From positions 601,778 to 665,777 of the forward strand of contig JACKGH010000001.1 of NCBI GenBank assembly GCA_020632075.1: 64,000 nt of DNA, given 5' to 3'. A model generated the notes under the pieces. The model saw only the letters and a list, made by a program, of their open reading frames with translations. It was not told the DNA's origin and made no database searches. Both the position numbers and the translations under genes were made by a program. Positions 20,807 to 32,300 of the stretch are shown here, piece by piece (within the stretch, counting starts at the first letter, position 1; every line of letters begins with the position of its first letter). This stretch comes from Candidatus Nomurabacteria bacterium. GTDB taxonomy: Bacteria > Patescibacteriota > Minisyncoccia > Phycocordibacterales > UBA918.

Positions 20807-22282
20807 TTACTTTACGAGACCATTACCGAATAAAAATGATAGTGGTTTGCCATCCTTCTTTTTCACATCAGGCAATGCAACAAGTAGCGTTCGAGTGATC
20901 ACCAGTGCCGAGAACATAGAAACAAGTACACCCATACCAAAGACGAGGGCGAATCCTTTCACGAGGGACGTACCAAACCAGAACAAGATGATCGCTGAGA
21001 GAAGACTGGTGATATTACCATCACGGATCGCGCTCCACGCTCGAGAGAACCCAACAGTTGCAGACTCCCGACTACCAGCACCATTCTTATACTCCTCCTT
21101 CATGCGCTCAAAGACGAGCACGTTAGCGTCGACTGCCATACCGAGCGAGAGGACGAAACCAGCGAGACCAGCAGCAGTGAGTGTAACTGGTACCAACTGG
21201 AAGAGGGCAAGCATAATGATAATGTATGAGAACAATGCTACACCAGCTACTAAGCCTGGCAAGCGATACCACAACACCATAAAAAGCAGTACCAGCCCAA
21301 GACCAATGACACCCGCTTCGACACCACGATCAAGTACTTCAGCACCAAGTGTCGCACCGATGGTTTGTGTGCTCTGAAGCTCGATCGGTACTGGAAGAGC
21401 ACCGAAGCTTAAGTTTTTTGCAAGCTCACGCGCTTCCTCTGGAGTAAAGCCACCTGAAATGATCGCTGTTCCACCAGTGATCGGCTCATTGATAACCGGA
21501 GCAGAAAGCAGTTCACCATCAAGGAAAATACCGAGCTGGTGTCCGACATTATTTCGAGTAATTTCAGCGAACAGGTCAGATCCCTCTGCGGTAAAGCGAA
21601 CCGCCACTAACGGTTCATTAGAAAGCTGTCCCGAGTTTGAGCCTGCAAACTGCAAAGTAGCGGTTTCCAAGTACCGACCAGTTAGACCCGTATCTGTAAA
21701 TGGAAGCGGTAATTCTTCTGCCGCCGTTGCTGGGTCTACCATTTCTCCATTGATCTCAACTGCACTGATCGCTGCACCAGTGCCACTGGCTGATTCGGCG
21801 AGAGAGCTGAGGCTCTGCAAGGTGTCATACTGTGCTGCCAACTCTTCACTGTACAACTTGAATTCAAGAAGTGGTGTCCGACCGATCTCTGCTACCGCTT
21901 GACTCACGTCGGTCACACCAGGAAGCTCTACCACCAACCGCTCTACCGGCTGATCAGTCACGAAGCTACTGCGTTCTACTTGCACGATCGGCTCTGATAC
22001 ACCAAAGACGTTCACACGGCGTTCAATGACATCACGCAATACATTCATGAGTTCAGGTATTTCTGCTGGCGCAATATTCGAAGTGTCTGCTTCGTATACC
22101 AAGTGCGACCCGCCAGCGAGATCAAGACCAAGTTTAAATGGATGCTCAGAGTCAGGCAGGACCGCATTACTTTTAACTGTCAATGCCAACCAGCCCAATA
22201 AGCCGATCAGCACCAACACTCGGAACCACCGCAAAAATGCGACTGACTGCTCCGAGGGTTGCTCTTTCGTGGATTTAGACAT
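20807..22282 (-). CDS. secD: protein translocase subunit SecD
   Basis: LGLDLAGGSHLVYEAD motif, large periplasmic domain, C-terminal 6 TM. Confidence 0.9.
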   Translation of the reverse strand: MSKSTKEQPSEQSVAFLRWFRVLVLIGLLGWLALTVKSNAVLPDSEHPFKLGLDLAGGSHLVYEADTSNIAPAEIPELMNVLRDVIERRVNVFGVSEPIVQVERSSFVTDQPVERLVVELPGVTDVSQAVAEIGRTPLLEFKLYSEELAAQYDTLQSLSSLAESASGTGAAISAVEINGEMVDPATAAEELPLPFTDTGLTGRYLETATLQFAGSNSGQLSNEPLVAVRFTAEGSDLFAEITRNNVGHQLGIFLDGELLSAPVINEPITGGTAIISGGFTPEEARELAKNLSFGALPVPIELQSTQTIGATLGAEVLDRGVEAGVIGLGLVLLFMVLWYRLPGLVAGVALFSYIIIMLALFQLVPVTLTAAGLAGFVLSLGMAVDANVLVFERMKEEYKNGAGSRESATVGFSRAWSAIRDGNITSLLSAIILFWFGTSLVKGFALVFGMGVLVSMFSALVITRTLLVALPDVKKKDGKPLSFLFGNGLVK

Positions 22283-22349
22283 ATATAAGAAAAACTATGG
22301 TTCCTGTTATACCACACACTGGCCTCGCTCTGCACTCTACACAAAAAAA

Positions 22350-23168
22350 CTATGTGTTTTCTGCTTTTTTAACTTTTTCTCCAGAAAGAGAAACGAGATT
22401 GTGAAGCAAGTACGCAATAGTGATCGGACCAATACCACCCGGCACTGGCGTGACCAATGCTGCTTGTGGATAGACATCACGATGAACATCGCCCACCAAT
22501 TCACCACCATCTTCAGAAGTGCCCGCATCAAAAATGATCACTCCTGCTTTGATCATGTCAGGAGTAATAAACTGCGGCTTACCAACACCACTCACAATAA
22601 TGTCTGCTTGCTGTAATACGTGAGGATCGAAGGTATCTTTATTGAGCACTGTTACTTCAGCACCTGCTTGCCGCGCATACGCTGCAGCTGGTGCTCCGAC
22701 AAGCCTACCTTCACCAAGCACCACCACTTGCTTCCCGACCCACTCGACTTGGTGCTGCTTGCTGATCTCGTCGATGGCACCGACCACTGGCGACAAACAC
22801 GCTGCTGGATCATGACCAAAGACAAACCCATCTGGATCTTTCTCGACTGGCACGGTAGCCAATACCGCCTGCATATCAACTTGAACAGGAAGCGGTAACT
22901 GCACCACTACCCCATCGGCTTCAGGCGCAACTCGAGAGACACATGCGATCACATCGTCTGTAGTGACCGTTGCAGGTAGCTCGACCACATTAAGTGCAAT
23001 ACCAACTTGTGCGGCTTTTTCTTTTTTCATCGCTAAGTAGCGCTGCGTCTCGAAGTTGGGAGCGCAGGTAATGGCAGTGAGTCGCGGCGCGCCCGAAGGG
23101 CGCGCCGCGACCACTGCCGCTACATCAACTAAGATCCTCTCTGCAATTGCTCTACCCTCCACGATCAT
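22350..23168 (-). CDS. folD: bifunctional methylenetetrahydrofolate dehydrogenase/cyclohydrolase
   Basis: VQLPLP and LVTPVPGGIGPITIAYLL motifs. Confidence 0.9.
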   Translation of the reverse strand: MIVEGRAIAERILVDVAAVVAARPSGAPRLTAITCAPNFETQRYLAMKKEKAAQVGIALNVVELPATVTTDDVIACVSRVAPEADGVVVQLPLPVQVDMQAVLATVPVEKDPDGFVFGHDPAACLSPVVGAIDEISKQHQVEWVGKQVVVLGEGRLVGAPAAAYARQAGAEVTVLNKDTFDPHVLQQADIIVSGVGKPQFITPDMIKAGVIIFDAGTSEDGGELVGDVHRDVYPQAALVTPVPGGIGPITIAYLLHNLVSLSGEKVKKAENT

Positions 23169-23205
23169 AATGGCGGCAGTATAGCAGACTTTGTACTATT
23201 TTGGG

Positions 23206-24114
23206 CTAGAGTCCAGCGTCTTTTTTGAGTGCTGCTACCCCATCCTCGATCTTCACTTTTGGCTCCCAACCCAAACACTTCTTTGTCTCAGTAATATCTG
23301 CCATGGTCCGCTTTGGCTCTAGTCGAGCAGCCACGTACTCGATCTCTCCACCGATCATCTTGGCGAGTTCGTTGATACTCGTTTGCTTTCCGGCTCCCAC
23401 ATTAAAGACCTCGCCATTCCCTACTGTATCGAGTGTTGCAGACTTCATGACCGCGTCGATCACATCACTAATGTGCGTAAAATCTCGCGTCTGTTCACCA
23501 TCACCAGTAATGGTCATCGGCTTCCCTTCTTGGCGCTGCTTGAGAAACTTGCCGATCACCAGCGCATACGCCCCTTCCGGATCGAAGTGCGGACCGTACA
23601 CATTGAAGAAGCGGAGTGACACCGTCTTAAGACCATAGATCTCACTCCACAGACGCATCAGCTGCTCACCCACATGCTTCTGGAGCGCATACGGGCTTTT
23701 TGGTTGTGGCGGTAGATCTAGTGATAGCGGCAAAGTTTCCTGATCACCGTAGGCCGAACTCGACGCCGCGTAGACAATTCTCCCTACCCCAGCCGCACGT
23801 GCCGCTTCAAGCACCGAAAGTGTTCCATTCACATTCACATCATGTGTTTCCTTTGGATGCTCGATCGAAAACTGCACTCGTGGCAGTGCTGCCAAATGGA
23901 CGATCACGTCAACACCACTGCATAACTTGGTCAGCTCTGCTGTATTACGAATGTCTGTCTTATGAAAATCAACCGCATCCGGCAAACGTGCCGGGTCAGT
24001 CCCCGCACTGAGATCATCAACCACTTTCACTGTATGACCCTCAGCGACCAAGTACTCAGATAAGTTGGTTCCAATAAAACCAGCGCCGCCGGTGATCAAA
24101 AATGTTTTTGCCAT
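23206..24114 (-). CDS. NAD-dependent epimerase/dehydratase (UDP-sugar 4-epimerase-like)
   Basis: LITGGAGFIGTNL Rossmann motif and YxxxK-type SDR architecture. Confidence 0.8.
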   Translation of the reverse strand: MAKTFLITGGAGFIGTNLSEYLVAEGHTVKVVDDLSAGTDPARLPDAVDFHKTDIRNTAELTKLCSGVDVIVHLAALPRVQFSIEHPKETHDVNVNGTLSVLEAARAAGVGRIVYAASSSAYGDQETLPLSLDLPPQPKSPYALQKHVGEQLMRLWSEIYGLKTVSLRFFNVYGPHFDPEGAYALVIGKFLKQRQEGKPMTITGDGEQTRDFTHISDVIDAVMKSATLDTVGNGEVFNVGAGKQTSINELAKMIGGEIEYVAARLEPKRTMADITETKKCLGWEPKVKIEDGVAALKKDAGL

Positions 24115-24161
24115 AGTTACTACTTATTTTTATGTAGTTTCTATAACTGCACGAATCTCAT

Positions 24162-25514
24162 TTAAGTTCCAGTTCTCATTAAGATAGTTGCAATGGTCTT
24201 CATTGCGATCTGGACATCAAGTAGGAGCGAGCGCCGCTCAAGATAGAAAAGGTCATAGGACAACTTTGTGACCGTACGTTCAACATCAAGTCCACCTCGA
24301 GGCACATCAAAGTTGTTGATCTGTGCCCAACCAGAAAGACCAGGCTTCAAAAAGTGACGCGCGTTGTAATACGGAATCCTCGTTGCGTACTCAGAAGCAA
24401 GTGCAGGCATCTCCGGTCGAGGCCCGATAAATGAAAGATCACCTCGCAACACGTTCAAGAGTTGCGGCAACTCATCGATCCGAGTCACTCGCAAGATGGA
24501 ACCGACTTTTGTATCGACAAGTTGACTACTGAGCGCCTGCGAACCAACATCAGCACCATTCTTGGTCCTAAACTTGTAAATAGTGACTGGGCGGTTGTAC
24601 TGACCAACTCGCACTGTGGTGTAGAACAGTGCGCCGCGATCTTCGAGCTTGATCGCCAAAGCAACAAGAGGAAATAATAGCGCCGACGGAAGCAATAGCA
24701 TCAACGCCCCCACAACATCGATCGACCGTTTCACCACATCGTAGATCGCCTTCTTTGACTGCGAGATATTTGAGATAAACCAATCGTACCGCAGCGTGTT
24801 GACCGGCACCCGATCGAAGGTGTCCTCATACAGACGATTGAAGTCTAGAAACGTGAACTCAAAACGCAAGAACGACAGATCAAACAAGACTGGCAGGAAT
24901 GATCTGATGTGTTTCCCGGTCGAATCAGCAACGATCAGTTCCACCCGCTCCTTTTCCATGAGAGCCAAGATCTTACTTTCAAAATCCGGTGTATTGATGA
25001 GTGTCTGTTCGTCAACGATCCGAATGAAGTAATAATTATACCGATCGTTATGATTGATCTCGTCCACTAACTCCACCGCTTCTGGACCATCTGCGATCAA
25101 GATCGCTTTATGTCGTTGCTTTGGTGACAAACTCGGCACTAAGCGAAGTCGCCACGCACTTACCAAGATCGTCGAAATGATCAGATACAACACCAGGTTT
25201 GTCTTCGGTGTGATGCCGAACGGAATAATGAAGAAGAGGACACCTGCCACTACCACATTGATGATCTGCGCGTACAAAATTCGACTGACGAGCAGTTTCT
25301 TAAGCAAGTTGGTGTGTTTGTCATACAAGCCAAGGATGAAGAACACAAACAGCCAAACACCGGAAAAGATCAAAAACGGTGGCACGTGCATTTCGAGCCG
25401 TTCGAGGGTGGGCAGCTCAAAATAGCGCACTAGCAAGGTCAGCCACAGTGCGACATTGAACGCAATAATGTCTCCCAAAATAAGGATTGACAATTCTCGG
25501 GCTCGTTCTCCCAT
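24162..25514 (-). CDS. polyprenyl-phosphate sugar phosphotransferase (WbaP/WcaJ-like bacterial sugar transferase)
   Basis: C-terminal KRSIDVVGAL...KFRTK...DELPQLLNVLRGDLSFIGPRPE...PGLSGWAQ motifs; N-terminal TM helices. Confidence 0.8.
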   Translation of the reverse strand: MGERARELSILILGDIIAFNVALWLTLLVRYFELPTLERLEMHVPPFLIFSGVWLFVFFILGLYDKHTNLLKKLLVSRILYAQIINVVVAGVLFFIIPFGITPKTNLVLYLIISTILVSAWRLRLVPSLSPKQRHKAILIADGPEAVELVDEINHNDRYNYYFIRIVDEQTLINTPDFESKILALMEKERVELIVADSTGKHIRSFLPVLFDLSFLRFEFTFLDFNRLYEDTFDRVPVNTLRYDWFISNISQSKKAIYDVVKRSIDVVGALMLLLPSALLFPLVALAIKLEDRGALFYTTVRVGQYNRPVTIYKFRTKNGADVGSQALSSQLVDTKVGSILRVTRIDELPQLLNVLRGDLSFIGPRPEMPALASEYATRIPYYNARHFLKPGLSGWAQINNFDVPRGGLDVERTVTKLSYDLFYLERRSLLLDVQIAMKTIATILMRTGT

Positions 25515-25611
25515 AAATGTGTTAAATCCTACCTAAGTTTGCTGGAATAGCAATACTTTTCAAACACTGGACTCTACAACCCCAAAACCGTATGCTTGGT
25601 TATATCTCTTT

Positions 25612-26772
25612 ATGGAAAATCAGAAAAAACTGAATATCCTCTACCTCATCACCAAAAGTAACTATGGTGGTGCACAAAAATATGTCTTGGAGCTGGCGGT
25701 AGCAGCAAAAGAAGCTGGTCATACGGTGCAAGTGGCGTGTGGCGGCACCGGCGAAGCCGGTGCCGCCACTGGCAAGCTGGTCGATAAGCTCACCGAGGCT
25801 CAGATCAAAACCCACCCGATCAAACACTTTATGCGAAACATGTCACTTGGTCGAGACCTCCTCGCTTTCTTTGAAGTCTGGCGACTGCTACGCAAAGTCA
25901 AACCAGATGTGCTGCATGTCACTAGTTCAAAAGCTGGCGGTATCGGTGCGCTCGCTGGACGTCTCGCGTTCACGAAACGGATCATTTTCACCTCACACGG
26001 GCTCACCGTCGATGAAACTTGGCGACCACGCTGGCAGCGGATTTTGATATACGCAGGCACATGGATCACACTGCGTCTCGCCCACCACAGCATTATGATC
26101 TCAACCGAAACCTACAAACGAGCACGTGCTATGCCTGGCATGACTGACCGCGTTTCACTCATCAAGAACGGAATTGGATCGATCGAGTTTTTGGAGCGGA
26201 AGGCGGCGCGAGCGAAGCTCGCGCCGCACGTTCCCTCTGAAGCAACTTGGATCGGCGGCATTGGTGAACTCCATCCAAACAAAAATTGGTCTGCAGCGAT
26301 CGAAGCAATGACATCCCTACCCCCACACACACAGCTACTCATCATTCATGACGGTGAAGAAAGAGAACGACTAGAGACACTGATCCTTACCCATGAACTG
26401 GAAGACCGAGTACACCTCATTGGCTACGTAGACAATGCACCAAAATATCTATTGGCCTTTGATGTGTTTCTCTTGCCCTCTGTAAAAGAAGGACTTCCGT
26501 ATGTCCTACTTGAAGCTGGACTGGCAGGACTGCCAATTGTCGCAAGCAACCTTCCTGGCAACCAAGACATCATTGACACCGGCCACACCGGTCTACTGGT
26601 TGAACCGACGCCACAGCTACTCGGAACTGCGCTTGGTATGCTGGTCAGAGATGAAAGTATGCGAAACCGTATGGGCACTGCGCTCCAAGAAACCATACAA
26701 AAGACCTTTTCACTTGAGCGTATGTGCAGAGAAACCTTTGCAACCTACTCGGTCAACAACTCCCGCGGCTGA
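25612..26772 (+). CDS. glycosyltransferase family 4 (GT-B)
   Basis: N-terminal ILYLITKSNYGGAQKY and C-terminal LLPSVKEGLPYVLLEAGLAGLPIVAS (E-x7-E-like) motifs. Confidence 0.8.
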   Translation: MENQKKLNILYLITKSNYGGAQKYVLELAVAAKEAGHTVQVACGGTGEAGAATGKLVDKLTEAQIKTHPIKHFMRNMSLGRDLLAFFEVWRLLRKVKPDVLHVTSSKAGGIGALAGRLAFTKRIIFTSHGLTVDETWRPRWQRILIYAGTWITLRLAHHSIMISTETYKRARAMPGMTDRVSLIKNGIGSIEFLERKAARAKLAPHVPSEATWIGGIGELHPNKNWSAAIEAMTSLPPHTQLLIIHDGEERERLETLILTHELEDRVHLIGYVDNAPKYLLAFDVFLLPSVKEGLPYVLLEAGLAGLPIVASNLPGNQDIIDTGHTGLLVEPTPQLLGTALGMLVRDESMRNRMGTALQETIQKTFSLERMCRETFATYSVNNSRG

Positions 26773-27863
26773 TACTTCGCTGTTGCGTAACGCCGCATAC
26801 CCATCACCATCCCCACTGCCAAAAACTCCGTCATGAGATGCGATCCACCATAACTTAAGAACGGGATCGTGGTACCTGTCACTGGCAACAGTCCAATATT
26901 CATACCAATATGCACAAAAAAGTGTGCCACAAACAAGATACATACTCCAGCCGCAAACAGGCGCTCGAAGTTCGCCGCACCACGCACAGCGCTACGTAAC
27001 AATCGCCACACCACCAACGCAAACAGAATAAATAAAAGTATCACCCCCAATAGACCCCACTCTTCAGCAAATGCAGCAAAGATGAAGTCTGTCTCATACT
27101 CTGGCAAAAACAACAACTTCGACTGTGTTCCGTACCCGATTCCTTTTCCAAATAGCTCTCCGGAACCAATCGCGACGGTCGATTGATACGCGTTGTATCC
27201 AGCACCCTGAATATCAGACAGCGGATCAAGGAAGGTCATAATGCGCTCTTTTTGATAGTCAAAAAACACAAATTGCCACATGAGTCCGAGCACTACCGAT
27301 CCCAACGTAAACACAGTTAGCAAATGTCGTAGTTTGATACCAGACACCAAAACCATGCCTAGCCACACAAAAAATAGGATGATTGCTGAGCCGAAGTCTG
27401 GCTGAATGAACACGAGTCCAAAAACCCCAATTGCGTATATTCCCGAGACAATAATATGACGAAAGTCACCGATCAATTCGTGCCGTTTCGCAAAGTACTT
27501 TGCCAGCACAATTATCAAAATTAGCTTAGCCGGATCTGAAGGTTGGAGCGAGAAGAATCCAAAGTCGAATCGACTTTGGGCTCCGAGGGTGATCTCACCA
27601 ATCACTAACACCAAGAGCAGCATTGCCACCGTTGCGACATATAAGAAAAAAGCGATGTTACCGGTGCGCAGAAAACGATAGTCCGGAATCATAGCCAGAA
27701 ACATTACGAGTACCGCCAGGCCGATCCAGAGAAGCTGTCGATCAAAAAAAGCGTTATCGCCGACGTGAGAGTACATGGTGACCAACCCCATACAGGTCAA
27801 GCCAAGGACGCTCAAAAAAAGTGTGAGGTCAAAACCAGAAAAGAATACCCGCAACTGTCCCAT
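26745..27863 (-). CDS. SEDS-family peptidoglycan glycosyltransferase (FtsW/RodA)
   Basis: 10-TM protein with NAYQSTVAIGSGELFGKGIGYGTQSK...FLPE..TDFIFA motifs. Confidence 0.85.
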   Translation of the reverse strand: MGQLRVFFSGFDLTLFLSVLGLTCMGLVTMYSHVGDNAFFDRQLLWIGLAVLVMFLAMIPDYRFLRTGNIAFFLYVATVAMLLLVLVIGEITLGAQSRFDFGFFSLQPSDPAKLILIIVLAKYFAKRHELIGDFRHIIVSGIYAIGVFGLVFIQPDFGSAIILFFVWLGMVLVSGIKLRHLLTVFTLGSVVLGLMWQFVFFDYQKERIMTFLDPLSDIQGAGYNAYQSTVAIGSGELFGKGIGYGTQSKLLFLPEYETDFIFAAFAEEWGLLGVILLFILFALVVWRLLRSAVRGAANFERLFAAGVCILFVAHFFVHIGMNIGLLPVTGTTIPFLSYGGSHLMTEFLAVGMVMGMRRYATAKYQPRELLTE

Positions 27864-27908
27864 AGCTGCTATTGTACGATACTTAGCATGATCGTTGTCT
27901 TGCGAAAG

Positions 27909-29297
27909 TTACCGAAGTGGCGCGAAGTTGGCCTTCGTCTTTGCAATTACATCGATCTTAGTTGGTCCGAGCTCACAGAGCGCCGAGGTGATCTCTTCAT
28001 AGATACGCGCGAGATCAGCCCCGGTCGGAGCAAAATAAGCATTCTCAGGAGCCGTCGCGATCGCTTGAATAAAGGAACGATCAACCCCTTCACCAAGCCC
28101 GATAGCGTAGATCTCGATACCAGTCTCATCAAGTTGCTTTGCGGCAGTAATTGCCGCTGTCACGATCTCTTCATCTCCTTCTGCGGTTGGCAGACCGTCT
28201 GTCAGTAGCACCAAGACACGACGAGCGTTTTCATTATGCTGTGCTGAGTTAAGGACAGCATCTACTAACGAGAACGCGGCTGGTGTGTTGGTAAAGCCAG
28301 TTTCTTCAGCCGCATCAATTTTTAGGCCTCGTACCAACTCAGCTACATTCTGTTGTGTGCGAGAAAGTCCAGAAACTATCTGCGCTTCTGTCGCAAAGGT
28401 TACCACCGCCACCTGGTCGTTCTCCTGCAGCGAGGAAACAAACTGTTCTGCGGCCGCAAGTGCTGCCGAGATCGGCTGTGGCGGATCGCCCCCGTCGTTA
28501 TTCATACTACCTGACAGGTCGATGCCGAGCGCAACATCAGTTGGGATGACACAACTACGCACCGTCTTCGCGATCGGATTAGGCCAGGTAAACACTAGAT
28601 CCTGCGTCGACCTGGCTGGGATGAGTTCCGCAAGTGTTTGAGATGCAGCAACTGGTTCTCCTCCTTCATTGAAGATAGTCGCCACCACCTCAACTGCGTT
28701 TGCATCTGTTAGTGCTGTGTTTTCGATCTCGACATCAAGTCGTGGTCTCGTATCTGCTCGGATGAGTTCAATCTCTTGGGACCGGAATTGATCACGACCC
28801 ACTGACGCAGGGATCCACATATCCGCTTGTTGCAAGACCAATCTTGTTTCGGTCACCGGCGCTGCCCCATCAGTCTGTATCCTTCCTTCAAAGATCGGGT
28901 AGACACTGTTTGGTGGCAAAATAGTACTACCTGACCGAGTCGCAACCAACGTATTACCATTGTATAACTCAAAGGTATAAGGCAACTCTGGTGTTGCTGC
29001 TACCTGGTTTTGATTATCAACATAGGCAACAACGTTGTACTGACCCTCGACGATCTCGAAACTCTTTGCCCAGACCAACCGTGGCGGAAGCACGTCTGCT
29101 GTACAAATACGCACACAAGAACCACCACAGTCGATTCCTCGTTCATCGCCACTCTGTTTTCCGTCAAAGCAGCTTGTTGGTTCGTAATACACCGTAAAGT
29201 ACACCAACGCAAAAACGAGTACCCAAAACAAACCAAAACCAGTACCGTACTGAATACGGCGGCCAATTGCCCACGGGCGCATAGTTCTACGACTCAT
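27909..29297 (-). CDS. membrane-anchored von Willebrand factor A domain protein
   Basis: N-terminal TM; Cys-rich motif CFDGKQSGDERGIDCGGSC; C-terminal VWA with MIDAS DLSGSM and LLTDG. Confidence 0.8.
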   Translation of the reverse strand: MSRRTMRPWAIGRRIQYGTGFGLFWVLVFALVYFTVYYEPTSCFDGKQSGDERGIDCGGSCVRICTADVLPPRLVWAKSFEIVEGQYNVVAYVDNQNQVAATPELPYTFELYNGNTLVATRSGSTILPPNSVYPIFEGRIQTDGAAPVTETRLVLQQADMWIPASVGRDQFRSQEIELIRADTRPRLDVEIENTALTDANAVEVVATIFNEGGEPVAASQTLAELIPARSTQDLVFTWPNPIAKTVRSCVIPTDVALGIDLSGSMNNDGGDPPQPISAALAAAEQFVSSLQENDQVAVVTFATEAQIVSGLSRTQQNVAELVRGLKIDAAEETGFTNTPAAFSLVDAVLNSAQHNENARRVLVLLTDGLPTAEGDEEIVTAAITAAKQLDETGIEIYAIGLGEGVDRSFIQAIATAPENAYFAPTGADLARIYEEITSALCELGPTKIDVIAKTKANFAPLR

Positions 29298-29329
29298 GAT
29301 GTCTCTATTGTATCAGGTAACCCGCCCCA

Positions 29330-29375
29330 TCAGCAGCTGTACTCACAAAGAAAACACGAGACCTGTAGGACTCGT
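29330..29375 (-). terminator. rho-independent terminator after giant protein B
   Basis: gaaaacacgagacctgtaggactcgtgttttc perfect 11-bp inverted repeat. Confidence 0.55.
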
Positions 29376-29387
29376 GTTTTCTTGTCT

Positions 29388-32300
29388 TTAGGTCTCCTCA
29401 ACTCGACCTGGCGTCTCAACTGTAACCTGAGTGCTTCCCTTCGCTCCAGTCGTCGATTCGACACAATCGAGTGTATACGTACTCTTTGCAGTGATCGGAC
29501 CAGTCACAAGTGACCCGGTTGGACCGGACACACTCGGATCAAAATTATGTGTCGCGATCTGAGGTCCGTACAGCGAACAGGATATTGGGTATGATACTTT
29601 TGTGTCCCAGTGGATCGTTGCTTGATCACCACTTTTCACAAAGTCTTCGATGGTCAGGGTCATCGGTAATAGTGGTGCAGCGAGCTCGTTCGTGATCGTT
29701 ACAATATTATCCGTCTCATCTCCCTCTTCGATCTTATCAGTGCTATCGACATGCACAATGACTCGATACGGTCCAAACGGCACATCAATGGCAAGTAACT
29801 CATTTTGAGCTGGAGTATCACCAGTAGCAAGACCAGCAAAACTCGGATTCACTGTTGCATCAATGGTTCCATCATTCCCAAAATCTACATCAAGTTGGTT
29901 GATGAACGGACCAGCTGAACCTTCACCATCATTACGAACCACATAAGCAAGAGTAAGCGCGTGATAGGTACCAGTAGTAACATCAAACGCAGCTGATGGT
30001 GTCACACTACCGACGATAGGAAGCAAGTTTGGTGGCGTCATCGCACGAATTTGTACAGTTGCTGGTGCTGAGGTGCCGCCTGGTCCAGTACAGACGATCG
30101 TATAGGTCTGATCTGCGGTAATGTTGCTGATCATCTCACTACCAAGTGGTACAGCCTTACTTCCTGCCCAGTCACCACTGGCGGTACATTCAGTTACCGA
30201 TCCAGTAGTTGTCCAATCTAACGTGACATTCCCATGATATGGCACATCGATCGGCACAGTTGAACCATTAACAGTCAACGATACAGTTGGGGTTACATAC
30301 ACTGTGTAATCGAGATATGTCTGAGATCCTTCATACTGCACCGTAATACGTTCAGTCTCGGTTCCTGGAGCACCATTATCTCCGGTAACCTCCCAAAATG
30401 CACTGGCAGCATTTTGTAGTACATCAATTGCATCAGGACTATTGGAATCAGTCATTGATGTTGCAGGGTCAAGTGTGATATCAGGGTCCGAACAATCATG
30501 ATTGTCACCAAAATGAACCGTTAGATTTTCGACTTGTCCATTCATCAAATTTCTTGCCGCGATACTACCCGGACCTACTGCGATCGGCAGGTTTGTGTAG
30601 ATATCACAAACCGACACCAGACTTGAGTTTTCATCTGGATTGACCGTGATCGTTCGCGATGGACAATTAGTCGACCAAGCACCGGCCGTATCCTTTACTT
30701 TGTAGTACACAGTGTATACACCCGGAGTCAGTGCAGCCGTATCAAAACTTGAATCGCTGCCTGGTCCGTCACTATGCCACAAAGTTCCAGTTTCACACGA
30801 GGCGATTCCATTACCGACACGCCATTCGTGCTGCGCTATTCCGTTTACCGCATCATAGCCCATACCCTCAAAATGCACACTCGCCCCATCTGAAACCGTC
30901 ACTGCACCTGCCGGTTGCAGGATGAACGCCATCGGTGGCTCATTTAGAGGAGCATCACAAGTACCAGCAACTGCATTCCATGTGTATGCGTCCTGACAAC
31001 TAAATTCACATTTCGCTGTTGTATTTACAGCTGAATACACTTTTTGAGTATCAACCACAAGATCCAGCTGATCACTAACATACAAGACTGCATGCAGTGG
31101 GGTTATCCCGAGACATTGCGCTGTAGTGGCAGGAATACATCTCGCTCCATCCCACTCTTCGTCAGCCGCACATAAAGTCACCGAAACAGACCGCCAACCT
31201 GAAGTCAACGCACCATCATCCTGTGCTAAAACTTGAAAGGTCTTCACGCCACCGGTCAGCCACGCATGACTAGTTGGCAAATGCGTATCACTAGGAATAT
31301 ATCCAACACCTGGCAGCCACTCATCGACCACAGCGTCCATGTTCCAATCAATGCCATATCGAATCAGATCACCCGGGTCAGACGCAACGATCGTAAAGCG
31401 CTGCTGATCACCACTTAAATTACTATTACCACTATCTGGAGTAACCACTGGCACACTTGGCGCCGCGTTTGCTTCAACGCCAGCAGTTCGTACGGTATAC
31501 ACGATGGTTGTGGCAGGAATTGGATGCTGGTACGGCGTCCAACTATGACCACTGTCACCAAGAAGTAAACCAGAAATGGTTCCGGTATATCCAGTCAAGC
31601 TGACACCAGCTGGTTGTTCACTCATCGGAGTATTGTCCCAAGAGGTACGACAGATACCATCGATCCATTCATACTCATAGAAAAACTGCCCATAGGTTGC
31701 ATCAAAGTGAAATTCTGCAGTGACTGTTCCGGGTGACGTGATGCGATACACATTCCCGCCTTCTGGCGATAGTCCAGCAGTGGAACCACTGAGATCAAGA
31801 CTCATTTCTTCGGGATGAACCGACAGCGGCACGTATATGCCATACATGCCAGATACTAAACTTGCGCTACCGAGAAAGTACACCGGACTACAATCGCCGA
31901 TCTGCGTTTGAGCCAGGTTCACCACTGCCTTCTCTCCCCCATCAGGCCACGCCGCATCAGTTTGCCATACACCATACGGTGTATCCATCGCGTATCCCGT
32001 TCCATGCCAGGCTATCTCTCCACGAGCCGGTTCAAATCGTAAACGAGTACCGACCGGAACAGTACTATTATCAACCACCAATACACCCGTATCATGATCG
32101 TATACTGACGCCTCGTAAGTCACATTGACGTTTGGGTCCTCTAAACCTGGCACCCAGTTCAGAGTGCTCCCAAACTGAGTTGTCTGTCTATAGAACAGCA
32201 CACCATTGTACATACTGCTCACCACATCGCTTTTTCCAGCCGCAAGCACTGCCGTACCAGTCCACAGATAGCTGGCGGCAAAGAAGAATGCAACGAACCA

